Positions 40,446-51,925 of a DNA stretch of 64,000 nt are shown piece after piece; the stretch's first letter is position 1; each line of letters starts with the position of its first letter. The DNA lies in assembly GCA_963825135.1 (NCBI GenBank), contig CAWGRW010000009.1, positions 2,336,001-2,400,000 of the forward strand, read 5' to 3'. The notes beneath the pieces are model-generated. The model was not told where the DNA came from and ran no database searches. It saw only the letters and a list, made by a program, of their open reading frames with translations. This stretch comes from an uncultured bacterium. Lineage in GTDB: Bacteria; Desulfobacterota_D; UBA1144; Nemesobacterales; UBA2774. The position numbers and the translations under genes are program-made.

Positions 40446-42884
40446 CTATTTCGCGTCCGGGCCCTTCGATTCGGCGCTGTTATTTTTGTTCGCACCCGGG
40501 GCTTCGCTATAGTATTCGTCGAGCATCCTGAACCATTCGTCGCGCTCTTCGGGCGAAGTGAAGAAATCGAACTTGCCGGCCGCGCGCTGGACGTTCATCA
40601 GGTCGATCAGGAAGTTATAGACCGAATTAGCCGCGTTTAGGTCGGCCGAGAGCGCGGCGTTCTGCGCGTCGAGCAGGTCTATGATGGATACGACGCCGCG
40701 GGAATAGGAATCCGTGACGAGCTCGAGATTTTTATGCGCCGCCTCCGCGGAATCGAGCGCGAAGCCGATGCTCGGGTATGAAGCCCCCGAAGCGTTAAGC
40801 GAGGTCCTTATTTGCTCCTCGACTTTCTCCGAGGTCGAGTCCCTCTCGTACTTCAATCTCGAAAGTTCGCTTCTGGCTTTCCTGTAATCCGCGAGCTTGG
40901 CTCCCCCTCTGAAAAGCGGGAACGACGCCTGGAGCTGTACGACCCATTCGGTATCGTCGGTCTTCGCCAGGTCGAGGGGAAAGTTGTCCGGGACGTTTAT
41001 GCTGCTCCCCGCGCCCCCTTCGTAAAGGAACTGCCTCAGTTCTGCGAACGCGAATATAGTCGGCGACCAGAACGCCCTCTTTGTCGATGTGAGTATCCTG
41101 TCCTGAGCAGCCATCTGGGAATCTATCGTCGCTATGGCGGGCGATTGTTTTAGTCCTAATTTGACCATGAAATCCATGAACGTTTTGAAAGATTCCGGGT
41201 TCCTCACGTATCTATCGAGCCTCGGGTCGCTCACGAGCAGCGATGGGTCCTCGAGCCCGGTTTCCACTGTAGTAAATTCTTCGCCCTGCGGTCTGTGGAG
41301 AAGCCTGTTCACGAGGATTTCCATATTCTTCCTGTCGGCTTCGGCGTTCACTACCTGTATTCGGTCGGAAGCAATCTGGCTCTCCCACCTGAATACCTCG
41401 GCGGGGCTTGCGACCCCGATATCCCGTCTGACTCTGGCCAGGTCCAGGTTTGATTTCGAAAGCTTGAGGTTCTCTTTCTGTATCGTTTCAATTGTTTTCG
41501 CTCTCAATACGTTCAGATACCCTATCGCGGTAGCGGCGATTATATCGAGCCTCACCTCGTCGCGGGTGAATTCCCTCGATTCCTGGAGCCGCTTCTGTAC
41601 GGTGAGGTTCGACCATGCGCCTTCGGAGTAAATGAGCTGGCTCACGTTCCCGCCCGCGCTCAGCTCGCGCTGCGGCAGTGTGCCGAGGCTCGCCTCAGCC
41701 CTGTCCTTATCGACGTATGTATTGTCGAGGAACACATCCGATTGAGGCAGCAGCGCAGCCATCGCGAGCTTGATGTCCTGGGCCCCGGCCGCGACGAACT
41801 CCGTCGCTGCGAGCAGGTCCAGGTTTACTTCGACGGATTCGTTCACGGCTTGCTCCAGCGTGAGGGTCCTTCCCTTGAGCGCGGGCTCTTCATTGATAAG
41901 GGCTGCCTCGGTAAGAACGCTCCAGGAAGGCGAAAACTTAATCGCCCGGGCCGTCCCCATGTTTATCGAGAGCAATTCCTCCTCCGAATACTCCACAGGG
42001 AAATTCTCGGCCTGGTCGCCGAGCAGTATGCTTTGCACGGCCAGCGCCACCCGCCTCGCCTCTTTCGTGAAATTGTGGTCGGGCGCGAGCCCAACGAGTG
42101 CGCCCGATTCCACTTCGCTCTTTCCGGTCATCGAGAAGGCCGGAAGGTTTCTTTCCATCAGTCCGTCGTAGAGCTGCGCGATCTGGGAATCGGAATAATT
42201 CAGAATAGGCGTCACATAAACAGCCTCTGCGTCGGGCGGCACGGCCGCGAGCGTCTCCTCCACCGTGCCCGCGGCAGGGACCAGCTCTATGACTAAATCG
42301 TTCTCGGCTGAAATTTTCCGTACGGAGTTTTCAATGCCCGGCGCTAGCTCCTTCATGAGAGGCATGTACAGGAGGGCCATCTTTTTAAAACCCGCTATCT
42401 CCTTAAATCTTTTTATGTCCCTTCCGAGAGTTTTCGGTCTGGAGAGATAATAGAGGTTCCTTATACCGCTCCCGCCGCCTTCCGCCGGCGATAAGCCCGT
42501 CAGCGTCGGATCGATTACCCAGGGGGCGATGACCGGTTTGGGGAAAGCCGATCTCCCCGAAACTTCGGTCGATCCTATGACTCCCAATGTGATGAGGATA
42601 TCGACACCGGGGTCGGCGAGTTGTCTGTCGATTGCAGCCGCTACTCCTGCCGCGGTCCAGTCGGCCGTTATTGTCTTGCCTTCCGGAAACCGGACCGCGA
42701 ATTCCCCTTCGGTCAGGTCGCTGATTTCCTTTTTATAAGATGCCAGAGCTTTATTGTTAACGTCCGAAGGGCCGTCGAAAACTATGCCTATGTTAGTTCC
42801 GTAAACTTCCTGAGAACCGTAGGTTATTGTGAAAAGTAAGACCGAAATAAACGATAGTATTGCCTTTACACCGGGCGTGGCCAT
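40446..42884 (-). CDS. TolC-family outer-membrane channel with an N-terminal ABC-type substrate-binding-like domain
   Basis: About 330 aa alpha/beta periplasmic-binding-like region, then LTLEQAV..N, two OEP repeats and YSRGVVSIIDLLDAQ. Confidence 0.8.
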   Translation of the reverse strand: MATPGVKAILSFISVLLFTITYGSQEVYGTNIGIVFDGPSDVNNKALASYKKEISDLTEGEFAVRFPEGKTITADWTAAGVAAAIDRQLADPGVDILITLGVIGSTEVSGRSAFPKPVIAPWVIDPTLTGLSPAEGGGSGIRNLYYLSRPKTLGRDIKRFKEIAGFKKMALLYMPLMKELAPGIENSVRKISAENDLVIELVPAAGTVEETLAAVPPDAEAVYVTPILNYSDSQIAQLYDGLMERNLPAFSMTGKSEVESGALVGLAPDHNFTKEARRVALAVQSILLGDQAENFPVEYSEEELLSINMGTARAIKFSPSWSVLTEAALINEEPALKGRTLTLEQAVNESVEVNLDLLAATEFVAAGAQDIKLAMAALLPQSDVFLDNTYVDKDRAEASLGTLPQRELSAGGNVSQLIYSEGAWSNLTVQKRLQESREFTRDEVRLDIIAATAIGYLNVLRAKTIETIQKENLKLSKSNLDLARVRRDIGVASPAEVFRWESQIASDRIQVVNAEADRKNMEILVNRLLHRPQGEEFTTVETGLEDPSLLVSDPRLDRYVRNPESFKTFMDFMVKLGLKQSPAIATIDSQMAAQDRILTSTKRAFWSPTIFAFAELRQFLYEGGAGSSINVPDNFPLDLAKTDDTEWVVQLQASFPLFRGGAKLADYRKARSELSRLKYERDSTSEKVEEQIRTSLNASGASYPSIGFALDSAEAAHKNLELVTDSYSRGVVSIIDLLDAQNAALSADLNAANSVYNFLIDLMNVQRAAGKFDFFTSPEERDEWFRMLDEYYSEAPGANKNNSAESKGPDAK

Positions 42885-43007
42885 CCGATCTCCATGTGTT
42901 AAATGACGGAATCCTGATTATACATGAGTTGCCTTGGTTAAAAAAGGAATTCGAATTAAATCGCGGCAACCATATATTATATTTTAAGGGTGAATCTACG
43001 GCGGTTA

Positions 43008-43037
43008 TTGTTTTCGGAAGTTATGATGCTGTATAAT
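43008..43037 (+). promoter_or_regulatory. Candidate sigma70 promoter for the lectin gene
   Basis: TTGTTT-N18-TATAAT, 40 bp upstream of ATG 43078. Confidence 0.35.
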
Positions 43038-43077
43038 TGGGTGATGGACAGCGATAACAACATCGGAGGGCTATGAT

Positions 43078-43896
43078 ATGGATTGTAAACTGTTGGCGAG
43101 ACGCATAGCTATTTTATCATTCGCGTTAATCATTTCGACATTAATTTCAAATGCATATGCAACCGCGCAGAACCTTCCCGCGGGGAGCTATAAGGACACG
43201 TGCAGGTCGATAAACGTGCTGGGGGGGACCCTCACCGCTCAGTGTCAGAAGGTGGACGGGAGCTGGAAGAATACGGCCATTCAATATTACGACTGCGAGG
43301 GGGGGATAACGAACGAGAACGGCAACCTCACGTGTAAGCACAATCCCAAGCCCAAACCGGATAAACAGATACCGAAGGGGAGCTACAAGCAGAGCTGCAA
43401 GGATGCCTACGTAGACGGGAAATGGCTCTATGCCAGATGCCAGAAAATGAACGGCAACTATAATAATTCTTCGATCAAGTATGCGGACTGCTACAAAGAC
43501 ATCTGGAATAACAACGGCATACTCACCTGCGGGGGCGGCAGTTCCAGCCTGCCTAAGGGCAGCTACAAGGAAACCTGCAAGGACGCCTATGTAGACGGGA
43601 AATGGCTATATGCCAAGTGCCAGAAAAAGAACGGCAGCTGGTACAGCACGTCTATCAAATATACGGATTGCTATAAAGATATCTCGAACAACAACGGCGA
43701 GCTCACATGCGGCGGGGGCGGATCGAGCCTTCCGAAGGGGAGTTACAAGGAAACCTGCAACAACATTTATGTAGAGGGGAACGTATTGGAAGCCGACTGT
43801 CTCAACAGGAACGGGAAATATTCGCATACGAGCATCAAATATAAGAACTGCGGCAGGGGCATCTGGAATAACAAAGGCCAGCTCGAATGTAATTAA
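43078..43896 (+). CDS. Secreted cyanovirin-N-like (CVNH) lectin with four tandem repeats
   Basis: Signal peptide, then 4x P.GSYK.[TS]C...L.A.C....G....[ST].I.Y..C...I.N.[NK]G.L.C. Confidence 0.85.
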   Translation: MDCKLLARRIAILSFALIISTLISNAYATAQNLPAGSYKDTCRSINVLGGTLTAQCQKVDGSWKNTAIQYYDCEGGITNENGNLTCKHNPKPKPDKQIPKGSYKQSCKDAYVDGKWLYARCQKMNGNYNNSSIKYADCYKDIWNNNGILTCGGGSSSLPKGSYKETCKDAYVDGKWLYAKCQKKNGSWYSTSIKYTDCYKDISNNNGELTCGGGGSSLPKGSYKETCNNIYVEGNVLEADCLNRNGKYSHTSIKYKNCGRGIWNNKGQLECN

Positions 43897-43945
43897 TTCG
43901 TAACATGAATGTATCGGAGCCGGGTTGTTACTGCGGGCCGGTATT

Positions 43946-45289
43946 TTAGGATTCACCGCCTTTTTCCGCCTGCACCAGGTCATGTAGTGAGATCTCGCCT
44001 AACGCGTCGTTAATAGCGTTTTCCATTTTTCCGGATATGACGTCGACTCCGGGCATAGAGAGGTACTTTCTTTCTACAAGGTCAGTTTCGTAATTCGTCC
44101 TCGTGGCGTCGACTATCTCTTTTAAAGTTATTTTTTCGAGCGCTCTCGAGGGGACGAAGCACGGCGTGTCGTCCGCTGTTTCGATAATCAGGTTATGCTG
44201 CGTGAGGTCACTCACCGCTTCCTCGACCGGCTCGTGCGGCAGACGAAGGCGCTCTGTGAGCGATTCCAGGCTCCACCTGTTGAGGTCGTAATAGAAGTTG
44301 TAGCCGATAAGATACATAATGATCAGCGACAGCTTTTCCTTGAGCTTCGTGCTCAGGTTGAACACCTCTTTCCTGAGCGTGAGGAACTTCAGATTCTGAT
44401 GGCAGAACGTGAGCTCCGCCCCGACGAGGACTATAAGCCAGTTGAGATAGAGCCAGATCATGAAGATTACAAGCACTGCGAGGCTCGAATAAATGGCCGC
44501 GTACCTTGTTGAAGATGCGACCGCCGCATGAAAAACCCAGCTGGTGGCGTGCCACGCTATGCCGGCGGCCACTCCTCCGATCACAGCGGACTTAATATGC
44601 ACCTTTGTGTTGGGGATGATAATGTAGATGACCGTGAACACGATAATGACGAATATAAACGGTATGACTTTACCAAAGGCGAAGAATATCGTCCCGAGCG
44701 GCTCTATATCGAGAAGCTTGCCCACAATCGTATTGCTTGAGAGCGTGGCGGTGATGCCGAATGCGGCGAAGAGGAGCACAGGGCCTACTATGAGCGTCGT
44801 TATATAATCGCTCAACCTCCTGGCGATGCTCCTGCCCTTGCGTATCTTCCAGATGATGTTCATGGAATCCTCAATCTTGGTGATTACGGATACGGCGGTG
44901 TAGATGAGCATCACGAGGCCCGCGACTCCGAGGACGCCGAAATTGATCTTCCCTATGAACTCCATGATCCTGTGCGTCACCTCTATCCCCTTCTCCCCGA
45001 GGGGCTCGAGGAAGTTCAGGAGGAAGGGCTCGAGCTGATTATCGACTACTCCGAAGGCTTTTAATATGGAGATAATGAACGCGAGGAGAGGGACCAGGGA
45101 GAGGAGGGTAGTGTAGACCAGGCTCATCGCCCTTAAAGCTAACTCGTTTTCTCTGTATTCCCTGAGGGTTACATACCCTAATCTAACAATATATATTAAG
45201 TACGAGTTTCTCTTGTTGAGTGAGTCCGTGTCTATGCGCCAGAGCTGGCGTGAGAAGAAATAGTTAATTTTTTTGACCAGTTCCGACAT
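43946..45289 (-). CDS. YihY/BrkB-family membrane protein with C-terminal winged-helix-like extension
   Basis: SLVYTTLLSLVPLLA and IYSSLA..IFMIWLYLNWLIVLVGAE. Confidence 0.88.
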   Translation of the reverse strand: MSELVKKINYFFSRQLWRIDTDSLNKRNSYLIYIVRLGYVTLREYRENELALRAMSLVYTTLLSLVPLLAFIISILKAFGVVDNQLEPFLLNFLEPLGEKGIEVTHRIMEFIGKINFGVLGVAGLVMLIYTAVSVITKIEDSMNIIWKIRKGRSIARRLSDYITTLIVGPVLLFAAFGITATLSSNTIVGKLLDIEPLGTIFFAFGKVIPFIFVIIVFTVIYIIIPNTKVHIKSAVIGGVAAGIAWHATSWVFHAAVASSTRYAAIYSSLAVLVIFMIWLYLNWLIVLVGAELTFCHQNLKFLTLRKEVFNLSTKLKEKLSLIIMYLIGYNFYYDLNRWSLESLTERLRLPHEPVEEAVSDLTQHNLIIETADDTPCFVPSRALEKITLKEIVDATRTNYETDLVERKYLSMPGVDVISGKMENAINDALGEISLHDLVQAEKGGES

Positions 45290-45334
45290 ATGTTTCTACC
45301 ATTACTATAACATCATTTTACACCCGATATTTTC

Positions 45335-46261
45335 CTAATCCAGCTCAAAACAGATTTTCTTGAAGCTGCAATACTCGCATATTTTGTCGTTAGGGGTCCT
45401 TCCGAAATCGGTCATGACGGCGATGTTCTCATCGGGGTCGGCAAGCAGGCCCTTCATTCCCTCGATACTCCTGTTTATATACTCTACGGCGTCGTTCAAT
45501 TCATGGGCGCTGAATCTATGAATTGCGGGTCCGTCGCCGAGCAGGTTGTATTCTGTCAGGGAGATTTGATCCGGGGCTACATCGAGCTCTTCGAATGCGA
45601 ATATCGTGTACACCTGGAATTGTAGCTTGTCCGACTCTCCGGCGCCCGTTTTCCAATCGACTATTTTAACCCCATCCCCGGTTTCATACGCCAGGTCCAG
45701 TTTAACGAACACCTTCTCAGGGTTAAACGAAAAAGCGGAGGCGGTCATGCTCTCTATGGATATTATTTTCTCTTTCGGCAGTTTCTTTATTTCCTCCACG
45801 ACGTCGGACCCGAAAAAGCTCTCCAGGCACAGTATCGCTTCGTCATAGTTTTTTTTCCAGATTTCATCCGGCATTAAGGTCTTATACTCGTGTTCGAAGA
45901 GCGCAAGCACGTTCTTGAGGCTGCCGTCCTTCTGCCAGTAGAGGCCGTCCCGCGAGAATTTGAAATCGTTCCTCATCATCTCAGTAACCCTGCTTTTTGA
46001 TTTCGCTATCGGAGTCAAAACGCCCGTGGAGACCAGCTCTTTCAATACCTTTTCGATTTCGTGATGCACGACGGAGCCCTTCCATTGCCACCTGTTCTGA
46101 AGGTTCTTAAGGACATACAGCGTCCTGGTCACCTTGTCCGGATGATTTTTGTCCCATCCCCCCCAGGAGCCGTAGTAATTGTAGTAGTACTTGCGCCTGC
46201 ACTCCCGAAAGAGTGCGTCCCTCGATACCGACCAGCTGAATTCATTTTTCAGGTCGCCCAT
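45335..46261 (-). CDS. PD-(D/E)XK (RecB/AddB/Cas4-like) nuclease with putative Fe-S cysteines
   Basis: WSVSR..FREC, G..H, KLDL, IVDWKTG, Q..Y and C-terminal CEYCSFKKIC. Confidence 0.85.
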   Translation of the reverse strand: MGDLKNEFSWSVSRDALFRECRRKYYYNYYGSWGGWDKNHPDKVTRTLYVLKNLQNRWQWKGSVVHHEIEKVLKELVSTGVLTPIAKSKSRVTEMMRNDFKFSRDGLYWQKDGSLKNVLALFEHEYKTLMPDEIWKKNYDEAILCLESFFGSDVVEEIKKLPKEKIISIESMTASAFSFNPEKVFVKLDLAYETGDGVKIVDWKTGAGESDKLQFQVYTIFAFEELDVAPDQISLTEYNLLGDGPAIHRFSAHELNDAVEYINRSIEGMKGLLADPDENIAVMTDFGRTPNDKICEYCSFKKICFELD

Positions 46262-46273
46262 TCGGTCTCCCTC

Positions 46274-46876
46274 TCACGTGAGCGTGAGGTCCATTATCAG
46301 CAGACTATGAGGCTCGGTGCGTATGTCCCGGGTTTCATGTCTATCGGAGAATGCGAATCCGAACTTCCGATAGAGCCCGATCGCCGGTTCGTTATCCCCG
46401 TCCACCTCGAGTATCACGTTCCTACAGTTCTTGCTTCTTGCGGTCTCTATGATGCGACTCAGCAGGAGGGAGCCTATGCCCTTCCCCCTGTGTCTCTCGT
46501 CGACCGCGAGCACGCTTATATAGAATTCGTCGTCTTCTATGCCGGGAGTGAATCCCCCGTGCAGCAGTCTCGCCATAAGGGTCAGGTAGCTCAGGAACTC
46601 GCCCATCCTTAGCGAGACGAGCAGTCTCAGCAAAGTTGCGAGCTCATTTTCTCCGGTCCCCCTGTAACCTATCGCGAGGCCCGTTATTTCATGCCCTGAA
46701 CGCGATATGAGAATGTTCTCGTGACCGAGGAAATTGTTCCCGGCTCTGATGAGGTCCATGACCATTGCGCGCGACTTCCGGGGATCGGTCTCGCCGTCAT
46801 CGGTCCTGGCGTTAACTATCAGATCGGCGACCCTTCCTATATCATGCGCTTCTAAATCGAATTTTGTAATCTCCAT
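46274..46876 (-). CDS. GNAT acetyltransferase
   Basis: LAVDERHRGKGIGS and N..AIGLYRKFGF. Confidence 0.9.
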   Translation of the reverse strand: MEITKFDLEAHDIGRVADLIVNARTDDGETDPRKSRAMVMDLIRAGNNFLGHENILISRSGHEITGLAIGYRGTGENELATLLRLLVSLRMGEFLSYLTLMARLLHGGFTPGIEDDEFYISVLAVDERHRGKGIGSLLLSRIIETARSKNCRNVILEVDGDNEPAIGLYRKFGFAFSDRHETRDIRTEPHSLLIMDLTLT

Positions 46877-46965
46877 ACAATTTGGCCGGTTATGATAATA
46901 TTTGTTTTTGCCGCATTCACTCTAGGTTATAATAATTCCACTTAGGTTTCAAAGTCAGGAGTATT

Positions 46966-47259
46966 ATGGCCGGGATAAAGATCAGGGAGCTCGAATCCGG
47001 AGGGGACCTCTTCGAATTCGATGTGGAGGTCGTGGAAAGCGGGCGCAGCACGAGGCACAGGGTCGTGGTCGGAAGAATGGACTACGAAAAGCTCACGGAA
47101 GGACGCGCAACCCCTCTTGAGCTTGTAGAAAAGTCATTCGAGTTCCTGCTTGAAAGGGAGCCCGGGGAATCCATAATGAAAAGTTTTAATCTGAGCGTTA
47201 TCTCAAATTATTTTAAGGACTATACGAGCTCTATGAAAGATTATTTCAAACGGGACTGA
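46966..47259 (+). CDS. Hypothetical protein
   Basis: AGGAG RBS; clean 97-aa ORF filling the gap between neighbours. Confidence 0.75.
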   Translation: MAGIKIRELESGGDLFEFDVEVVESGRSTRHRVVVGRMDYEKLTEGRATPLELVEKSFEFLLEREPGESIMKSFNLSVISNYFKDYTSSMKDYFKRD

Positions 47260-47291
47260 CAAATTTCATAAAGGAGACTTAAACACACAAA

Positions 47292-48641
47292 ATGGGCAGG
47301 TTCTTCACTCTACTATTTCTTATACTAATCATCGGCGGCGCGATATACATCTATCCTCAGATCGAGTGGCATGCGCCCGAGATAAATATCAAGCTTGATT
47401 CCAACGACGTGGGCATGAAGCCCTTTGACGTAGAGGTGAGCGACAAGGGTACGGGGTTGAAGAACGTCTCTGTGCTCCTTGTTAATAGCGACGGTGAAAC
47501 CGTGCTCCTCAACAGGGAATATCCCGGCGGAGTAAAGGGAGACAGGATCAATATCAATATAGACGCGAAGAAGCTCGGCATCAAAAACGGCCCGGCGGAG
47601 CTCCGTGTTGCGGCTGTGGACAACTCGCGCCTCAGGTTCTTCTCCGGGAACAGGACGGTCGTCATTAAAAACATCAACCTCGACCTCGTCCCGCCCGCTG
47701 TCGACCTCCTCAGCACCGAGAACTACATCAACCACGGGGGCTCTGCCCTCGTTATATACAAGACCTCGCCCGACGTTGTGAAGAGCGGAGTCACAATAGG
47801 CGGCTATTTCTTTCCCGGATATAAGGGCAATTTCGCCGAAGACGATGTATATCTCGTATTCTTCGCGTACCCGTACAACGTCCCTCCGGGTGAGAGTATC
47901 GCGCTCATAGCGGAGGACGGGGCCGGGAACAAGAAGAGCGTTAACGTCCCTTTCACACTTAAAGATGTCGCGTACAGGAAAAGCAATCTCAACATTAGCA
48001 ACGACTTTATTCAGAACGTGATCATACCGCTCTCCGGTGAGAGCGGGGAGACCGATTACAAGAAAATATTCCTCACGGTGAACAGCGACCTCAGGAAAAA
48101 GAACGACGCGCAGATAAAAGAGGTGAGCACGCATTCAAAGGACGAAATACTTTGGAACGGACCGTTTCACCAGCTCTCCAATTCGCAGGTGGAGGCGAAT
48201 TTCGCCGACGAGAGGACGTATATATTCAACAATGAGCCGATCGACAAGCAGTACCATCTCGGATACGACCTCGCCGTAACCAAGAGGTATCCGGTAGAGG
48301 CGGCCAACAACGGTATAGTCGTATACGCGGGCGAGCTGGGCATCTACGGCAACACGGTGATAATAGACCACGGGATGGGAGTAAATACCCTCTACGGTCA
48401 TATGAGCACTATCGACGTGAAGGTCGGGGACAAGATTAAGACTAATCAGATATTAGGCAAAACCGGACAGACCGGCCTCGCGGCGGGGGATCACCTCCAT
48501 TACGGCGTTTATGTGAACGGTGTCGCCGTACGCCCCGTAGAATGGTGGGACGACAAGTGGATTAAAGACAACGTGATCTTGAAGATCGACCAGGCCAGGG
48601 CCGAATTCGGGACCAAGGGCTCCGATAAGCCCCGGAATTAA
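47292..48641 (+). CDS. M23-family metallopeptidase
   Basis: HLGYD, YGNTVIIDHG, LYGHMS, GDHLHYG. Confidence 0.92.
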   Translation: MGRFFTLLFLILIIGGAIYIYPQIEWHAPEINIKLDSNDVGMKPFDVEVSDKGTGLKNVSVLLVNSDGETVLLNREYPGGVKGDRININIDAKKLGIKNGPAELRVAAVDNSRLRFFSGNRTVVIKNINLDLVPPAVDLLSTENYINHGGSALVIYKTSPDVVKSGVTIGGYFFPGYKGNFAEDDVYLVFFAYPYNVPPGESIALIAEDGAGNKKSVNVPFTLKDVAYRKSNLNISNDFIQNVIIPLSGESGETDYKKIFLTVNSDLRKKNDAQIKEVSTHSKDEILWNGPFHQLSNSQVEANFADERTYIFNNEPIDKQYHLGYDLAVTKRYPVEAANNGIVVYAGELGIYGNTVIIDHGMGVNTLYGHMSTIDVKVGDKIKTNQILGKTGQTGLAAGDHLHYGVYVNGVAVRPVEWWDDKWIKDNVILKIDQARAEFGTKGSDKPRN

Positions 48642-48657
48642 CCCGGAGAGTTAAGGA

Positions 48658-49404
48658 TTGATAATATACGGCAGAAACCCCGTTAAGGAACTACTCTCCG
48701 ATCCTGATTCCAGGGTAGAAGAAATCCTCATCTTAAAAGACGGCAGGAAGGAGGGTTCGTCCGAAATTTTTTCGCTCGCTAAGGAGAGGGGAATAAAAGT
48801 GCTCCTCCTTCCTAAAGACGCCATTTCCAGGGTCTCCGGTACGACGGCGCATCAGGGCGTGGCGGCCCGTATATCCGAGTTCGAATACTCTACAGTCGAA
48901 AGCATTCTCGGACTCGCGGAGGGTAGGGGGGAGAAGCTCCTCCTCGTGATACTCGACCATATAGAGGACCCTCAGAACCTGGGCGCGATAGTCAGGACCG
49001 TGAACGTCTTAGGCGCGCACGGCGTCGTCATACCCAAGGACAGGGCCGCGTCCGTCACCCCGGCCGTGGTCAAGGCCTCTTCAGGAGCTGTGAACCACGT
49101 CCTTATCGCCATGGTCGTCAACCTCTCGACCGTTATCGATGTGCTCAAGAAGAAGGGGGTCTGGATGGTGGGGGCCGATCCCTCGGCGCCCGTGCCTGTC
49201 TTCAACGAGGACCTCGGAAAAGTAGATATCGCACTCATAATAGGGAATGAAGGCAAGGGGTTAGGTCAGAAAGTTAAAGAACAATGCGACTTCCTCGTAT
49301 CCATCCCTCAGTCAGGAAAAGTGACTTCGCTGAACGCCTCCGTCTCCGCGGGGATACTCCTCTACGAGATTCTAAGGCAGAGAGGGAGTCTCAAATCACA
49401 ATAA
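48658..49404 (+). CDS. rlmB: 23S rRNA G2251 2'-O-methyltransferase (TrmH family)
   Basis: IYGRNPV, HQGV, DPQNLGAIVR, GNEGKG, SLNASV. Confidence 0.93.
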   Translation: MIIYGRNPVKELLSDPDSRVEEILILKDGRKEGSSEIFSLAKERGIKVLLLPKDAISRVSGTTAHQGVAARISEFEYSTVESILGLAEGRGEKLLLVILDHIEDPQNLGAIVRTVNVLGAHGVVIPKDRAASVTPAVVKASSGAVNHVLIAMVVNLSTVIDVLKKKGVWMVGADPSAPVPVFNEDLGKVDIALIIGNEGKGLGQKVKEQCDFLVSIPQSGKVTSLNASVSAGILLYEILRQRGSLKSQ

Positions 49405-49446
49405 ACAGCATCCGGACCCCAACGGCGGACTTTTAATTTCCGCCCT

Positions 49447-49493
49447 TATTTCCCTCCCCCTTCTGTAAAAGGGGGAGGGTTCGGGTGGGGGTT
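49447..49493. repeat. REP-like palindrome (CCCTCCCCCTT..AAGGGGGAGGG..GGGTGGGGGT)
   Basis: Hairpin between convergent rlmB and ligA; shares its first 17 bp and its tail with 57913..57954. Confidence 0.8.
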
Positions 49494-49584
49494 TACCTTA
49501 ATCTTTCTGCCATTCCCGAGTACGATTGTAAGCGTGCACACAAAATAGAAGCAAACCGAAGGCAGCGGGCAAATCTTTATCGAT

Positions 49585-51615
<2,031 letters not shown>

Positions 51616-51653
51616 CTACAATAAGTCGCAGTGATCGAAATAACAGAAAGGGA

Positions 51654-51873
51654 AAATCCCCCTGAATCCCCCTTTACAAAGGGGGAAAATGCTTTTAATT
51701 CCCTCCTTAGAAAAAGGAGGGTTAGGGAGGATTTTTCTTTTTTTCATTTTCGTCAATCTGTCATCCTGAACTACGTTTCTGAGCATGCGCAAGAAACGGA
51801 CGCCATTGGCTGAATCCAACAACGTAGATATTCCCCGCCTATTCGTTTACCAACCCAAAAAATTCAGGATCTC
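51654..51873. repeat. Cluster of REP-like palindromes: an inverted doublet plus an interrupted GTCATCCTGAAC..TTCAGGATCTC element
   Basis: TCCCCCTTTACAAAGGGGGA and CCTCCTTAGAAAAAGGAGG hairpins; 51698..51720 is identical to 57812..57834. Confidence 0.8.
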
Positions 51874-51925
51874 GTATTTTTTTCTTTTCATTGTGAATCA
51901 CGAAGTGCCGGTTAAGCTTGCTCCT

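Noticed and set aside
43370..43890. Regular 180-bp repeats as a possible CRISPR or DGR
   Set aside because: They are in-frame protein repeats with no spacers, cas genes or reverse transcriptase.
45335..46261. Cas4 of a CRISPR-Cas system
   Set aside because: No array or other cas genes in the window.
47325..48134. 269-aa antisense ORF, and many similar ones over GC-rich genes
   Set aside because: Fully opposite well-supported genes; explained by codon bias.
51616..51822. Short ORFs on both strands between ligA and polX
   Set aside because: They are translations of palindromic repeats (PPFSKEG, PFTKGE).
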